Source: Minisyncoccia bacterium (GTDB lineage: Bacteria; Patescibacteriota; Minisyncoccia; Phycocordibacterales; UBA918). From it: a stretch of 42,523 bases of DNA. The stretch covers positions 1 to 42,523 of the forward strand of contig JBNKMC010000001.1 of the NCBI GenBank assembly GCA_050292865.1, written 5' to 3'. The position numbers were made by a program, and so were the translations under genes. How positions within the stretch are numbered: the first letter of the stretch is position 1; each line of letters begins with the position of its first letter. The notes under the pieces were generated by a model. The model made no database searches. It saw nothing but the letters and a program-made list of their open reading frames with translations, and had not been told where the DNA came from. Positions 1 through 7,589 of the stretch are shown here, in pieces.

Positions 1-53
1 CTTTGGGGCGGGTTTTTCCGCGGCCTCGGCTATATGTTATCTTTGTCATAACA

Positions 54-1133
54 ATGAAGACCAAATCACAAACAGTGTTCGTAGGACTATCAGGCGGAGT
101 TGATTCCTCCGTGGCTGCTTTGCGTCTTAAAAAAGCCGGCTTTAATGTCGTCGGTGTATTCATCAAAGTCTGGCACCCAGACTGGCTTAAGTGTAACTGG
201 GAACAAGAGAGACTCGACGCCATGCGAGTGGCAGCCAAGCTCGAAATTCCATTCCTTACCTGTGACGCAGAGAAGGCTTACAAAGACGACGTAGCTGACT
301 ACTTTATCAACGAATACAAAGCCGGCCGCACTCCAAACCCAGACGTAATGTGTAACAAGTATGTTAAGTTTGGTGCTTTTTTACGCTTTGCCAAAGACCA
401 TGGCGCAGACTACGTAGCCACCGGTCATTACAGCAGAAATGAAAAGGTAGAAGCAAAAAATGAAAAAGAATTTTATCACCTGCTTAGAGGTGTCGACCAA
501 AACAAAGATCAGTCATACTTCCTTTGGACACTAACACAAGACCAACTTAGCAAAATACTGTTTCCAGTAGGAGATACACCGAAACCACAAATCAGAAAAG
601 AGGCAGAAAAAGCCGGCTTGGTTACAGCTGAAAAAAAAGACAGTCAGGGAGTTTGTTTCCTTGGCCATATCGATATAGCCGAATTCATCGGTCACTATGT
701 AGACTTAGAAGAAGGAGCTGTTTTAGATACTGCTGGTAATGAAATCGGTCGTCACCAAGGAGCACTCATCTACACCACTGGGCAGCGTCATGGTTTTATA
801 ATAAATAGCAAAGAAAATGCCAGGGGGGCACACTACGTGTTGAGTCGCGATTTGGAAAACAACACCATAACCGTAGCAACCGAGCCACCAACCCTAAGTA
901 CTACTGACACCATTGAGTTAAAGTCTCTCAACCTAATAACCAACCAACCACTGCCGGCAGAAGTCGAGATACAAACTCGCTATCGACAAAAACCAACGGT
1001 GGCTAAAGTGTTGCAGCAAAATGACGAAGTCATTTTGCTGCAACCAACCGAAGAAATAGACGGTGTAAGCATTGGTCAGTCATGTGTGATTTACCAAGCC
1101 GACCGTTGTCTCGGAGGTGGTATCATTAGTTAA
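54..1133 (+). CDS. mnmA: tRNA-specific 2-thiouridylase MnmA
   Basis: ORF 3..1133, first ATG at 54. PP-loop SGGVDSS, DQSYFL motif, and overall MnmA-like layout. Confidence 0.92.
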   Translation: MKTKSQTVFVGLSGGVDSSVAALRLKKAGFNVVGVFIKVWHPDWLKCNWEQERLDAMRVAAKLEIPFLTCDAEKAYKDDVADYFINEYKAGRTPNPDVMCNKYVKFGAFLRFAKDHGADYVATGHYSRNEKVEAKNEKEFYHLLRGVDQNKDQSYFLWTLTQDQLSKILFPVGDTPKPQIRKEAEKAGLVTAEKKDSQGVCFLGHIDIAEFIGHYVDLEEGAVLDTAGNEIGRHQGALIYTTGQRHGFIINSKENARGAHYVLSRDLENNTITVATEPPTLSTTDTIELKSLNLITNQPLPAEVEIQTRYRQKPTVAKVLQQNDEVILLQPTEEIDGVSIGQSCVIYQADRCLGGGIIS

Positions 1134-1978
1134 TGTCAGTAAACGTTCTCAAAGCAGACGGAACTTATGAAGAGTTCAATGTTAACAAACTAAAACACTC
1201 ACTTAGTCGCTCAGGAGCCTCTGAAGATGAAATCAAAAGCATCATTGCTGAAATAGAACCAACTCTCTACGAGGGGATTCGTACCCAAGAAATCTACCGC
1301 AACGCTTTCTCATTGCTCCGAGAGTGTGGGTCACATGGAGCAGCTAGATATTCACTACGCCGTGCTATGTTTGGCCTTGGTCCGACCGGTTTTCCTTTTG
1401 AGGATTTCTTAGCCAGATTATATGAAACAGAAGGATACAAAACCAAAACCAGAATTACTCTAGCTGGCAAGTGTGCTGAACACGAACTCGATGTGGCTGC
1501 TTATAGAGAGACAGACAGCTTCGTGGCTGAAGCGAAGTTTCATGCTCGGCCGGGCATTAAGTCCGACCTGCAAGTTGCAATGTACTCCTATGCTCGACTA
1601 CTCGACCTAAAAGACCAAAGAATCTGCCAGGCTGACGTTTGTGGAGTTAAGGATTTTCGTTTAGTAACAAACACTAAGTTTACTTCTGCGGCTGAGAAAT
1701 ACGCCAATTGCGTTGGTCTTACTATCCTAAGTTGGAACTATCCAGAAAAAGACAACTTGCACGACCTGATTGAAAAATCTGGCCTATATCCTATTACAGT
1801 TATTCAAGGTTTAAGTCATTCACAAAAATTAACACTAATAAACCGCGGGATTATTGTTTGTAGTGATTTGGTTGAACGACCGCAAGTACTGCGTCATTTA
1901 CATCTAAGCAAGCAGCGCACAGAGTCGGTTTTGGCCGAAGCTAAAGAACTTTGTGTGAGCAAAATTCGCTTAGACTAA
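1133..1978 (+). CDS. ATP-cone domain protein fused to a restriction-endonuclease-like (Mrr/PD-(D/E)XK) domain
   Basis: The N-terminus (VLKADGTYEEFNVNKLKHSL...EIKSIIAEI) looks like an ATP-cone. The central ELDVAAY...FVAEAKF gives a D...ExK nuclease-like motif. Start overlaps the mnmA stop (TAATG). Confidence 0.7.
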   Translation: MSVNVLKADGTYEEFNVNKLKHSLSRSGASEDEIKSIIAEIEPTLYEGIRTQEIYRNAFSLLRECGSHGAARYSLRRAMFGLGPTGFPFEDFLARLYETEGYKTKTRITLAGKCAEHELDVAAYRETDSFVAEAKFHARPGIKSDLQVAMYSYARLLDLKDQRICQADVCGVKDFRLVTNTKFTSAAEKYANCVGLTILSWNYPEKDNLHDLIEKSGLYPITVIQGLSHSQKLTLINRGIIVCSDLVERPQVLRHLHLSKQRTESVLAEAKELCVSKIRLD

Positions 1979-2011
1979 AATTACAAAATACTTTTAAAGT
2001 TCTGCTAGGGT

Positions 2012-2040
2012 TTAAAGCATGACTCTAATTGTGATACAAT
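2012..2040 (+). promoter_or_regulatory. Candidate promoter with extended -10 (TGa TACAAT) and weak -35 TTAAAG
   Basis: TACAAT at 2035..2040 is preceded by TGA, with TTAAAG 17 nt upstream. It lies 34 nt before the ATG at 2074. Confidence 0.35.
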
Positions 2041-2073
2041 CGTTTACATATTAAAAATAGTACAGAATTTCTT

Positions 2074-2604
2074 ATGTCAGAAGATGTAAAGCAAGAGAGT
2101 CAGAAGACCGTAGTTGCCTTTATCGCCGGGCTTCTAATCGGCGGTTTACTAGTTTGGGTATTTGGTGGTACACCAGAAACCAAAGAAGCTAATCAGCAAG
2201 ACGGCGGCACTGACACAAGTGTTGTAGATGGTTCTGCAGACACATCAGAAGCTATCGTTCCAGATACAACTAAAGTGACCGACATCAATGTTGGTGATGG
2301 TTCACTCGTAGTATCTGATCAGGCTGCAGGTAACATAGTTACAATTGATTCTGCCACCTTTCCAACTAAAGAAGGTTGGGTAGCAGTGCGCAGTTATCCA
2401 AACGGTCAACTAGGTAGCATCCTCGGTGCTGCTCGCTTTTCAGCTGAACAAGGTTTGGCTCCAGAAACAGTAGCGCTACTAGCTGCAACTACACCAGGTC
2501 GCACTTACGCAGTGGTATTCTTCACTGATGATGGTGACCGTGAGTTCAATCTAGCTGGTGATGCTCAGATTGACGGACCAATCGCAACTTTCACAGCTAA
2601 GTAA
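2074..2604 (+). CDS. Membrane-anchored hypothetical protein (N-terminal TM helix, Thr/Asp-rich linker, beta-rich C-terminal domain)
   Basis: Clean ORF with hydrophobic segment VVAFIAGLLIGGLLVWVF, followed by a strong hairpin. Confidence 0.6.
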   Translation: MSEDVKQESQKTVVAFIAGLLIGGLLVWVFGGTPETKEANQQDGGTDTSVVDGSADTSEAIVPDTTKVTDINVGDGSLVVSDQAAGNIVTIDSATFPTKEGWVAVRSYPNGQLGSILGAARFSAEQGLAPETVALLAATTPGRTYAVVFFTDDGDREFNLAGDAQIDGPIATFTAK

Positions 2605-2610
2605 TACGCT

Positions 2611-2669
2611 GGCAGGCAAAGAAAAAACGGCCGGACCCAAAGGGTTCGGCCGTTTTTTCTTTGCCTGCC
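2611..2669. terminator. Long near-perfect hairpin (28-nt arms, AAA loop, one G-U on plus strand)
   Basis: GGCAGGCAAAGAAAAAACGGCCGGACCC AAA GGGTTCGGCCGTTTTTTCTTTGCCTGCC. No external U-tract. Confidence 0.55.
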
Positions 2670-2694
2670 ACCACCCATACGTTATAATTCCTCT

Positions 2695-3552
2695 ATGGCT
2701 GAATACATCAAGCGGTACAATCCGAACCGTAGTGAGGAATGGAACTACGGCGGTGCCAAATGGCGCCTCTCACGTTCTAAGTTGGACTTTTTTCTAGAAT
2801 GTCCACGTTGTTTTTATCTCGATAATAAACTCGGCACAAAAAGACCAGGCTTTCCATCTTTTAATCTAAACATTGCGGTCGACGAACTCTTTAAAAAAGA
2901 ATTCGACAAATTTCGTGCCGAACAAAAACCACATCCAATTATGGAGAAGTATGGTATCGATGCTGTGCCTTTCCAACATAAAAACATGGACGTCTGGCGC
3001 GACAACTTTGTTGGTATTGAATACAAAGATACTGAAACGGGTTTGGTTGTTTGCGGTGCAGTCGACGATATCTGGGTAACTCCTGACAATGAACTCATCA
3101 TCGTAGACTACAAATCAACCTCCAAGGATGGTTCTATTACACAGTTGTCTGACAGTTCTTGGGACCAACAATATAAACGACAGCTTGGTGTGTACAAATG
3201 GCTACTGGAGAAAAACGGTTTTAAGGTATCCAACACTGGTTACTTGGTCTATGCCAACGCCAGCAAGGAAGAACCAAACTTCGATGACAAACTTGTATTC
3301 GAAACTACTTTGGTACCAGTAGAACTAGAAGAAGACTGGATTGAACCAGTTCTAGACAATATAAAAGCTTGCCTAGAAAGCGAAGACTTACCAGAAATAG
3401 GCAACGCCTGTGAATTCTGTCCGTATCGTGAGGCGGCTGGCAAAAAGTTTTTCAAAATCCATCAAGCCACCAAAAGTAGATCAGCTACTGGTGAAGCTTC
3501 TGAAACCAACCCTAAAGACACTATCGAGCAACTAAAGAAAAAGTATGGCTAA
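2695..3552 (+). CDS. PD-(D/E)XK nuclease, Cas4/RecB-like, with Cys cluster
   Basis: N-terminal CPRC, core VDDIWV...IIVDYKS (D...DxK), QLGVYKWLL (QxxxY-like), and C-terminal C...CEFC. Together these suggest an Fe-S Cas4-type fold. Confidence 0.75.
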   Translation: MAEYIKRYNPNRSEEWNYGGAKWRLSRSKLDFFLECPRCFYLDNKLGTKRPGFPSFNLNIAVDELFKKEFDKFRAEQKPHPIMEKYGIDAVPFQHKNMDVWRDNFVGIEYKDTETGLVVCGAVDDIWVTPDNELIIVDYKSTSKDGSITQLSDSSWDQQYKRQLGVYKWLLEKNGFKVSNTGYLVYANASKEEPNFDDKLVFETTLVPVELEEDWIEPVLDNIKACLESEDLPEIGNACEFCPYREAAGKKFFKIHQATKSRSATGEASETNPKDTIEQLKKKYG

Positions 3553-3805
3553 CTTCAGTGACAAGGTAAGGGAAGTGGTAAAACAAATCCCAAAGGGTTC
3601 AGTCATGACCTATGGCGAAGTAGCAAAAGCGGCCGGCAACCATAAAGCCGCCCGGGCGGTCGCAAATGTCATGGCCGCCAACTACGACCCACAAATACCT
3701 TGTCATCGTGTCATCCGCTCTGACCACCGCCCGGGCGGCTACAACCGCGGCGGCGAAGTCACCAAACGTGCTATATTAAAATCCGAAGGAGTTAACCTAA
3801 AATAA
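3545..3805 (+). CDS. MGMT-family protein (stand-alone methylated-DNA-protein-cysteine methyltransferase DNA-binding/active-site domain)
   Basis: PCHRVI active-site motif and YGEVA helix. The 8-nt overlap with the upstream ORF suggests translational coupling. Confidence 0.85.
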   Translation: MANFSDKVREVVKQIPKGSVMTYGEVAKAAGNHKAARAVANVMAANYDPQIPCHRVIRSDHRPGGYNRGGEVTKRAILKSEGVNLK

Positions 3806-3808
3806 ATT

Positions 3809-4168
3809 ATGTCTAGTTTTGATAGAGATTTAACACTGAGGCTTACACGAGCCCTTGAACGTGACGATATGAGGGAACAAACAAGAAGAATTAATGGAAT
3901 GATGACAACAGTTTCTCTTTTTGTGCAAAAACTAGGAGAGGCTCGACACCATATTAATGAAATGGGTGGGTTAAACGATGAGCTTAATAGACTAAAAAGA
4001 AAAAGACCATCATTAAGAACAGAAGAAGACGAACAGAGAATTTTGGAAATAACCGAGGATATTAAAGCGGCTCAAGCTCTAGATAGGCAATACAAAGCAA
4101 GCAAATCTGAGGTCACAGAGTTAATCAAAATGGCTAAAGAACTCGACCACACTCTCCAGAAAATTTAA
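3809..4168 (+). CDS. Hypothetical charged coiled-coil protein
   Basis: ORF tightly packed between neighbours (3-nt and 2-nt gaps). No recognisable motif. Confidence 0.5.
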   Translation: MSSFDRDLTLRLTRALERDDMREQTRRINGMMTTVSLFVQKLGEARHHINEMGGLNDELNRLKRKRPSLRTEEDEQRILEITEDIKAAQALDRQYKASKSEVTELIKMAKELDHTLQKI

Positions 4169-4170
4169 CT

Positions 4171-4773
4171 ATGTACACTCCCAAAATCGAACAAGCTATA
4201 AAGACAGCCGCCATCCTTCATAAAGACCATGTGCGCAAAGGTGCCACACCGATACCATACATTACCCACCTCTACTCAGTCGCGACCATGGTGTCCGACC
4301 ACACTAAAGACGAAGATACTATTGTGGCCGCCTTACTTCATGACACCATTGAAGACACCAACTACACTCCGGAAGAACTGGAAGAGGCTTTTGGTACTAA
4401 AGTGAAAAACATTGTTCTTTCACTGTCTGAACCGCAGTCTACAGAGGATAGGCGGTACACTTGGCACGAGCAAAAGGCCACCTACGCCGAACTTCTAAAA
4501 AACGCTCCAATTGAAGCTCTCCTCATATCAGCAGCCGACAAGATTCACAACATGAACACCATTGTCGAGCAATACCAAAACGACCACGAGCGCTTTATCA
4601 ACGAGTTTGGTGGCGCACTTGATGACCGTATCTTTATGTATCAACTTATTTCTGATACCCTAAACGAAAAGCTGGATAATCCGATATTATCTGAGTTTAA
4701 TGCTGCTTTTAACCGCTATAAAAACTTTGTCGAAGATGTCAAAAAAACCGCAATCAAAAACCACACAGTTTAA
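4171..4773 (+). CDS. HD-domain phosphohydrolase, RelA/SpoT-hydrolase-like (small alarmone hydrolase-like)
   Basis: The H...HD signature (ITHLYSV...ALLHDTIEDT) is typical of SpoT-type HD hydrolase domains. Confidence 0.8.
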   Translation: MYTPKIEQAIKTAAILHKDHVRKGATPIPYITHLYSVATMVSDHTKDEDTIVAALLHDTIEDTNYTPEELEEAFGTKVKNIVLSLSEPQSTEDRRYTWHEQKATYAELLKNAPIEALLISAADKIHNMNTIVEQYQNDHERFINEFGGALDDRIFMYQLISDTLNEKLDNPILSEFNAAFNRYKNFVEDVKKTAIKNHTV

Positions 4774-6571
4774 GTACGAACCACAAAATAAACTACCGAA
4801 ACTCGGCAAAATAAAGCACGAGTGGGACTTGAGTAATCTCTACTACAAAAACGAGAACGACCCACAGATAGAGCTAGACATTCGCAAAACCGAAGCGGCT
4901 TATCATAAATTTGCCAAAAAGTGGCGCGCTGCGGACTTTACCGCCGACGCCAAGACATTGGCCACAGCCCTTACCGAGTATGAAGCGTTGGTAGGTATGG
5001 CCGAGTCTGGCAAACCAGGGCGTTACTTTGGTTTCCGTCAGGCTCTAAACGCAAAAGACAATGTCGCCAAAAAACAATTGGCAATTCTTAGCAACCGTCT
5101 GCGTAAACTTGGAGATGAGGTTATTTTCTTCACACTCACTCTTGGTAAAATTCCGCAAAATCGCCAAGCGATTCTTTTAGCAGCGCCAGAACTAGAGCAT
5201 TTCCGATATTTCTTAGAACGAGTTTGGCTGGGGGCTAAGCACAACCTTAGCGAAGCTGAGGAAAAAATTATCAATCTCAAATCACGCCAATCCTACGGCA
5301 TGTGGGTTGATATGGTAGAAAAGATTATCGCCGGCAAGACCGTCAGTTGGAAGGGTGGAGAACTACCTTTTAACGAAGCGCTCGAAACCTTAGACCTACT
5401 CGGAGCCAAGGATAAAGAAAAACTCTGGGCACTCTTGGTAGACATCATGGAAGAAGTTGGTGAAATAGCCGAGCACGAGTTTAATGCCATCATTACCGAT
5501 GTCCGCACCGAAGATGACCTACGTGGCTACCAGAAGCCCTACAGCGCCACTGCCTTGGGGTATGAGGACTCCGAGCAGAGTATCGAAAACCTAGTATCTG
5601 TAATCAGCGACGAAGGCTTCAAGCTCAGTCGCAAATTCTACAAAGCCAAAGCCAAGTGGCACGGCGTCGACCAGCTGCACTACACTCGCAAGTACGAAAG
5701 CATCGGCAAAGCACCGACAATTCCGTTTACCCAAGCGGTAGAAATTTGTCGTGATGTGTTTTATGGGGTTAAATACGAATACGGACGTGTATTCGATGAA
5801 ATGCTCGAAAACGGACAAATAGACGTGCGACCAAAAGCAGGGAAGCGCGGCGGCGCCTTTATGTCTAGCACCATCGGACTACCAACCCACGTCTTTCTCA
5901 ATCATCTCGACAACTTCAAGTCACTTGAGACACTAGCACACGAAATGGGTCACGCTATCCACGCTAGCCGCAGCAAGACCCAGGAGCCACTTTACCAAGA
6001 TCATTCCATCACTACCGCCGAAACCGCCAGCACCCTCTTTGAAAACCTACTCTTCGATGCCGTCTACGAACAAGCCAGTGAGAAGGACAAACCAGTACTG
6101 CTCCATGACCGCATTGCACGTGATATTGCTACTATCCAGCGACAGATTGCTTTCTTTAACTGTGAGTTAGAGATTCACAATACGATTAAAGAACAAGGAG
6201 CAATGACCAACGACGAACTGCGAGACTGCATGTATAAACACCTCAAGTCTTACCTTGGACCAGCGATTGCACTTGATAAGCGCGACGGTTACAGCTATGC
6301 CTATGTGTCGCACTTGCGCTACGGCTTCTATGTCTACACGTACAGCTTCGGCATCCTCATGAGCACCATCATGGCTAACAATTACAAAGAAGATAAGAGC
6401 TACGCCGAGCAAATAGACAAATTCCTAACAGCCGGCCAATCAGACACGGTAGCAAATATATTTAAGTCTATCGGTATCAACACCGCCCACCCAGACACCT
6501 TCAAAAACGCCTTAAAGAATCACGCTGATGACATTGTCGCTTTTACCAAAATGGTAAACGCAAAGCAGTAG
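4736..6571 (+). CDS. pepF: Oligoendopeptidase F family (M3B) zinc metallopeptidase
   Basis: HEMGHAIH zinc motif and EWDLSNLY near the N-terminus. I chose the ATG at 4736 inside track ORF 4700..6571, which overlaps the upstream gene by 38 nt. Confidence 0.85.
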   Translation: MSKKPQSKTTQFKYEPQNKLPKLGKIKHEWDLSNLYYKNENDPQIELDIRKTEAAYHKFAKKWRAADFTADAKTLATALTEYEALVGMAESGKPGRYFGFRQALNAKDNVAKKQLAILSNRLRKLGDEVIFFTLTLGKIPQNRQAILLAAPELEHFRYFLERVWLGAKHNLSEAEEKIINLKSRQSYGMWVDMVEKIIAGKTVSWKGGELPFNEALETLDLLGAKDKEKLWALLVDIMEEVGEIAEHEFNAIITDVRTEDDLRGYQKPYSATALGYEDSEQSIENLVSVISDEGFKLSRKFYKAKAKWHGVDQLHYTRKYESIGKAPTIPFTQAVEICRDVFYGVKYEYGRVFDEMLENGQIDVRPKAGKRGGAFMSSTIGLPTHVFLNHLDNFKSLETLAHEMGHAIHASRSKTQEPLYQDHSITTAETASTLFENLLFDAVYEQASEKDKPVLLHDRIARDIATIQRQIAFFNCELEIHNTIKEQGAMTNDELRDCMYKHLKSYLGPAIALDKRDGYSYAYVSHLRYGFYVYTYSFGILMSTIMANNYKEDKSYAEQIDKFLTAGQSDTVANIFKSIGINTAHPDTFKNALKNHADDIVAFTKMVNAKQ

Positions 6572-6577
6572 AGTAAT

Positions 6578-6605
6578 TTCGAAATTCAAAATTCGAAATT
6601 CAAAA
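6578..6605. repeat. Two tandem copies of the 14-nt unit TTCGAAATTCAAAA
   Basis: Direct reading of 6578..6605, followed by the partial copy TTCAC. Confidence 0.8.
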
Positions 6606-6645
6606 TTCACACCACTCCACGTGGATAAAAATATACATTAATCTT

Positions 6646-6683
6646 AAGTGTCAATACTCCAATCGATTGGAGTATTGACACTT
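6646..6683 (+). terminator. pepF terminator hairpin (18-bp perfect stem), followed by TTGTT
   Basis: AAGTGTCAATACTCCAAT CG ATTGGAGTATTGACACTT. Confidence 0.6.
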
Positions 6684-6746
6684 TTGTTAAGGGTGGGTAT
6701 AAGTGTGGGTAGAAAGTTCGTGTAAATAAATGAAATATAAGGTTTG

Positions 6747-6790
6747 CCGTAGCAGAAAGTGCCTAATTCTTCGGACTTTTTCTGCTACGG
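6747..6790 (+). other. Stem-loop at the left boundary of the GC-rich island (12-bp stem, loop containing C-UUCG-G)
   Basis: CCGTAGCAGAAA ... TTTCTGCTACGG. Base composition switches to GC-rich immediately 3' of it. Confidence 0.4.
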
Positions 6791-6839
6791 CGCACCCAAT
6801 CCCGGGAAGGTTGTAGCAAACTGATAGGAGGATGACGCC

Positions 6840-7463
6840 ATGGCCAAGACCATGACCGCACCCCAGCAGAAACCGATGACCGACGGCCAGATCGAAGACG
6901 CGGTGTCGAAGTTCCGTGACGCGGTGCGCAAGCATCGCAACGAGCTCGACTCCGAGGCTGTCCAGAAAGTTCTCGGTACCGACAACCTCGGAATGGTGCT
7001 CTTCGCACCGTTCCGCAAGCTCGTCGAGATGGTGAACAATATGTTCACCCGCCGGGTCGAGGGCATCAACCGCGACCAAAGCCCACAAGAGGCGATTGAT
7101 GCGACGGGCCGCAAACAGTACACGGACCAGTCGGTCGTGGACGCGATGCCTCGCGGTGAGGGCGAGAACGTCGAGCTGAAGTTCTTCGAGCTCGACTACG
7201 ACCCAACTCCCACCGAGCTCAACGCCGAGTATGAGAGCCTCGGCCTCAAGGCCGATCCCTTCGCCCTGGCTAAGCACATGGAGGACGATCCGGCGTTCGC
7301 AGACGAACGTCCCGTGGCCTGCCAGTGGGACCTCGACGAGAACGGCAGGGCTTCCTTCGCCGCGTTCTCGCAGTGGCGCGTCGAGCGGCGCGTGCACGTC
7401 GACCGCGGCGACGACAAGTGGTTTCGCCTCTATCGGTTCGCCGGTGTCTCGAAATCAACCTGA
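6840..7463 (+). CDS. Hypothetical protein (207 aa), a GC-rich compositional outlier with no recognisable domain
   Basis: SD AGGAGGA at 6826..6832, 7 nt before the ATG. GC-rich third codon positions. Own intrinsic terminator. The overlapping ORFs on both strands are shadows expected in high-GC DNA. Confidence 0.75.
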   Translation: MAKTMTAPQQKPMTDGQIEDAVSKFRDAVRKHRNELDSEAVQKVLGTDNLGMVLFAPFRKLVEMVNNMFTRRVEGINRDQSPQEAIDATGRKQYTDQSVVDAMPRGEGENVELKFFELDYDPTPTELNAEYESLGLKADPFALAKHMEDDPAFADERPVACQWDLDENGRASFAAFSQWRVERRVHVDRGDDKWFRLYRFAGVSKST

Positions 7464-7481
7464 TATTTCTGTTTTCTCTTG

Positions 7482-7516
7482 GTCCGGCGCACTTGCGCGC
7501 CGGACTTTTCTTTTTA
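7482..7516 (+). terminator. Intrinsic terminator of the GC-rich gene
   Basis: GTCCGGCGC ACTTGC GCGCCGGAC followed by TTTTCTTTTT. Confidence 0.8.
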
Positions 7517-7589
7517 TGTAAACAAAAAATAAGTAAGTGTGTGGACGTGCGTTATTACGGAAGTTTTGCTATATTGTTGGGATTAAATT

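Noticed and set aside
6578-6628. The tandem 14-nt repeat and CACGTG-containing CGTGGATAA motif as a CRISPR-like or iteron array
   Set aside because: There are only two full repeat units with no spacers, which is too small for an array. It is listed as a simple repeat only.
6687-7521. Multiple long ORFs on both strands overlapping the 207-aa gene (for example 6687..7397 minus, 236 aa)
   Set aside because: These are shadow ORFs typical of GC-rich sequence with few stop codons. Only the 6840..7463 frame has an SD, a sensible start and a terminator, and the others have low-complexity Arg/Ala/Pro-rich translations.
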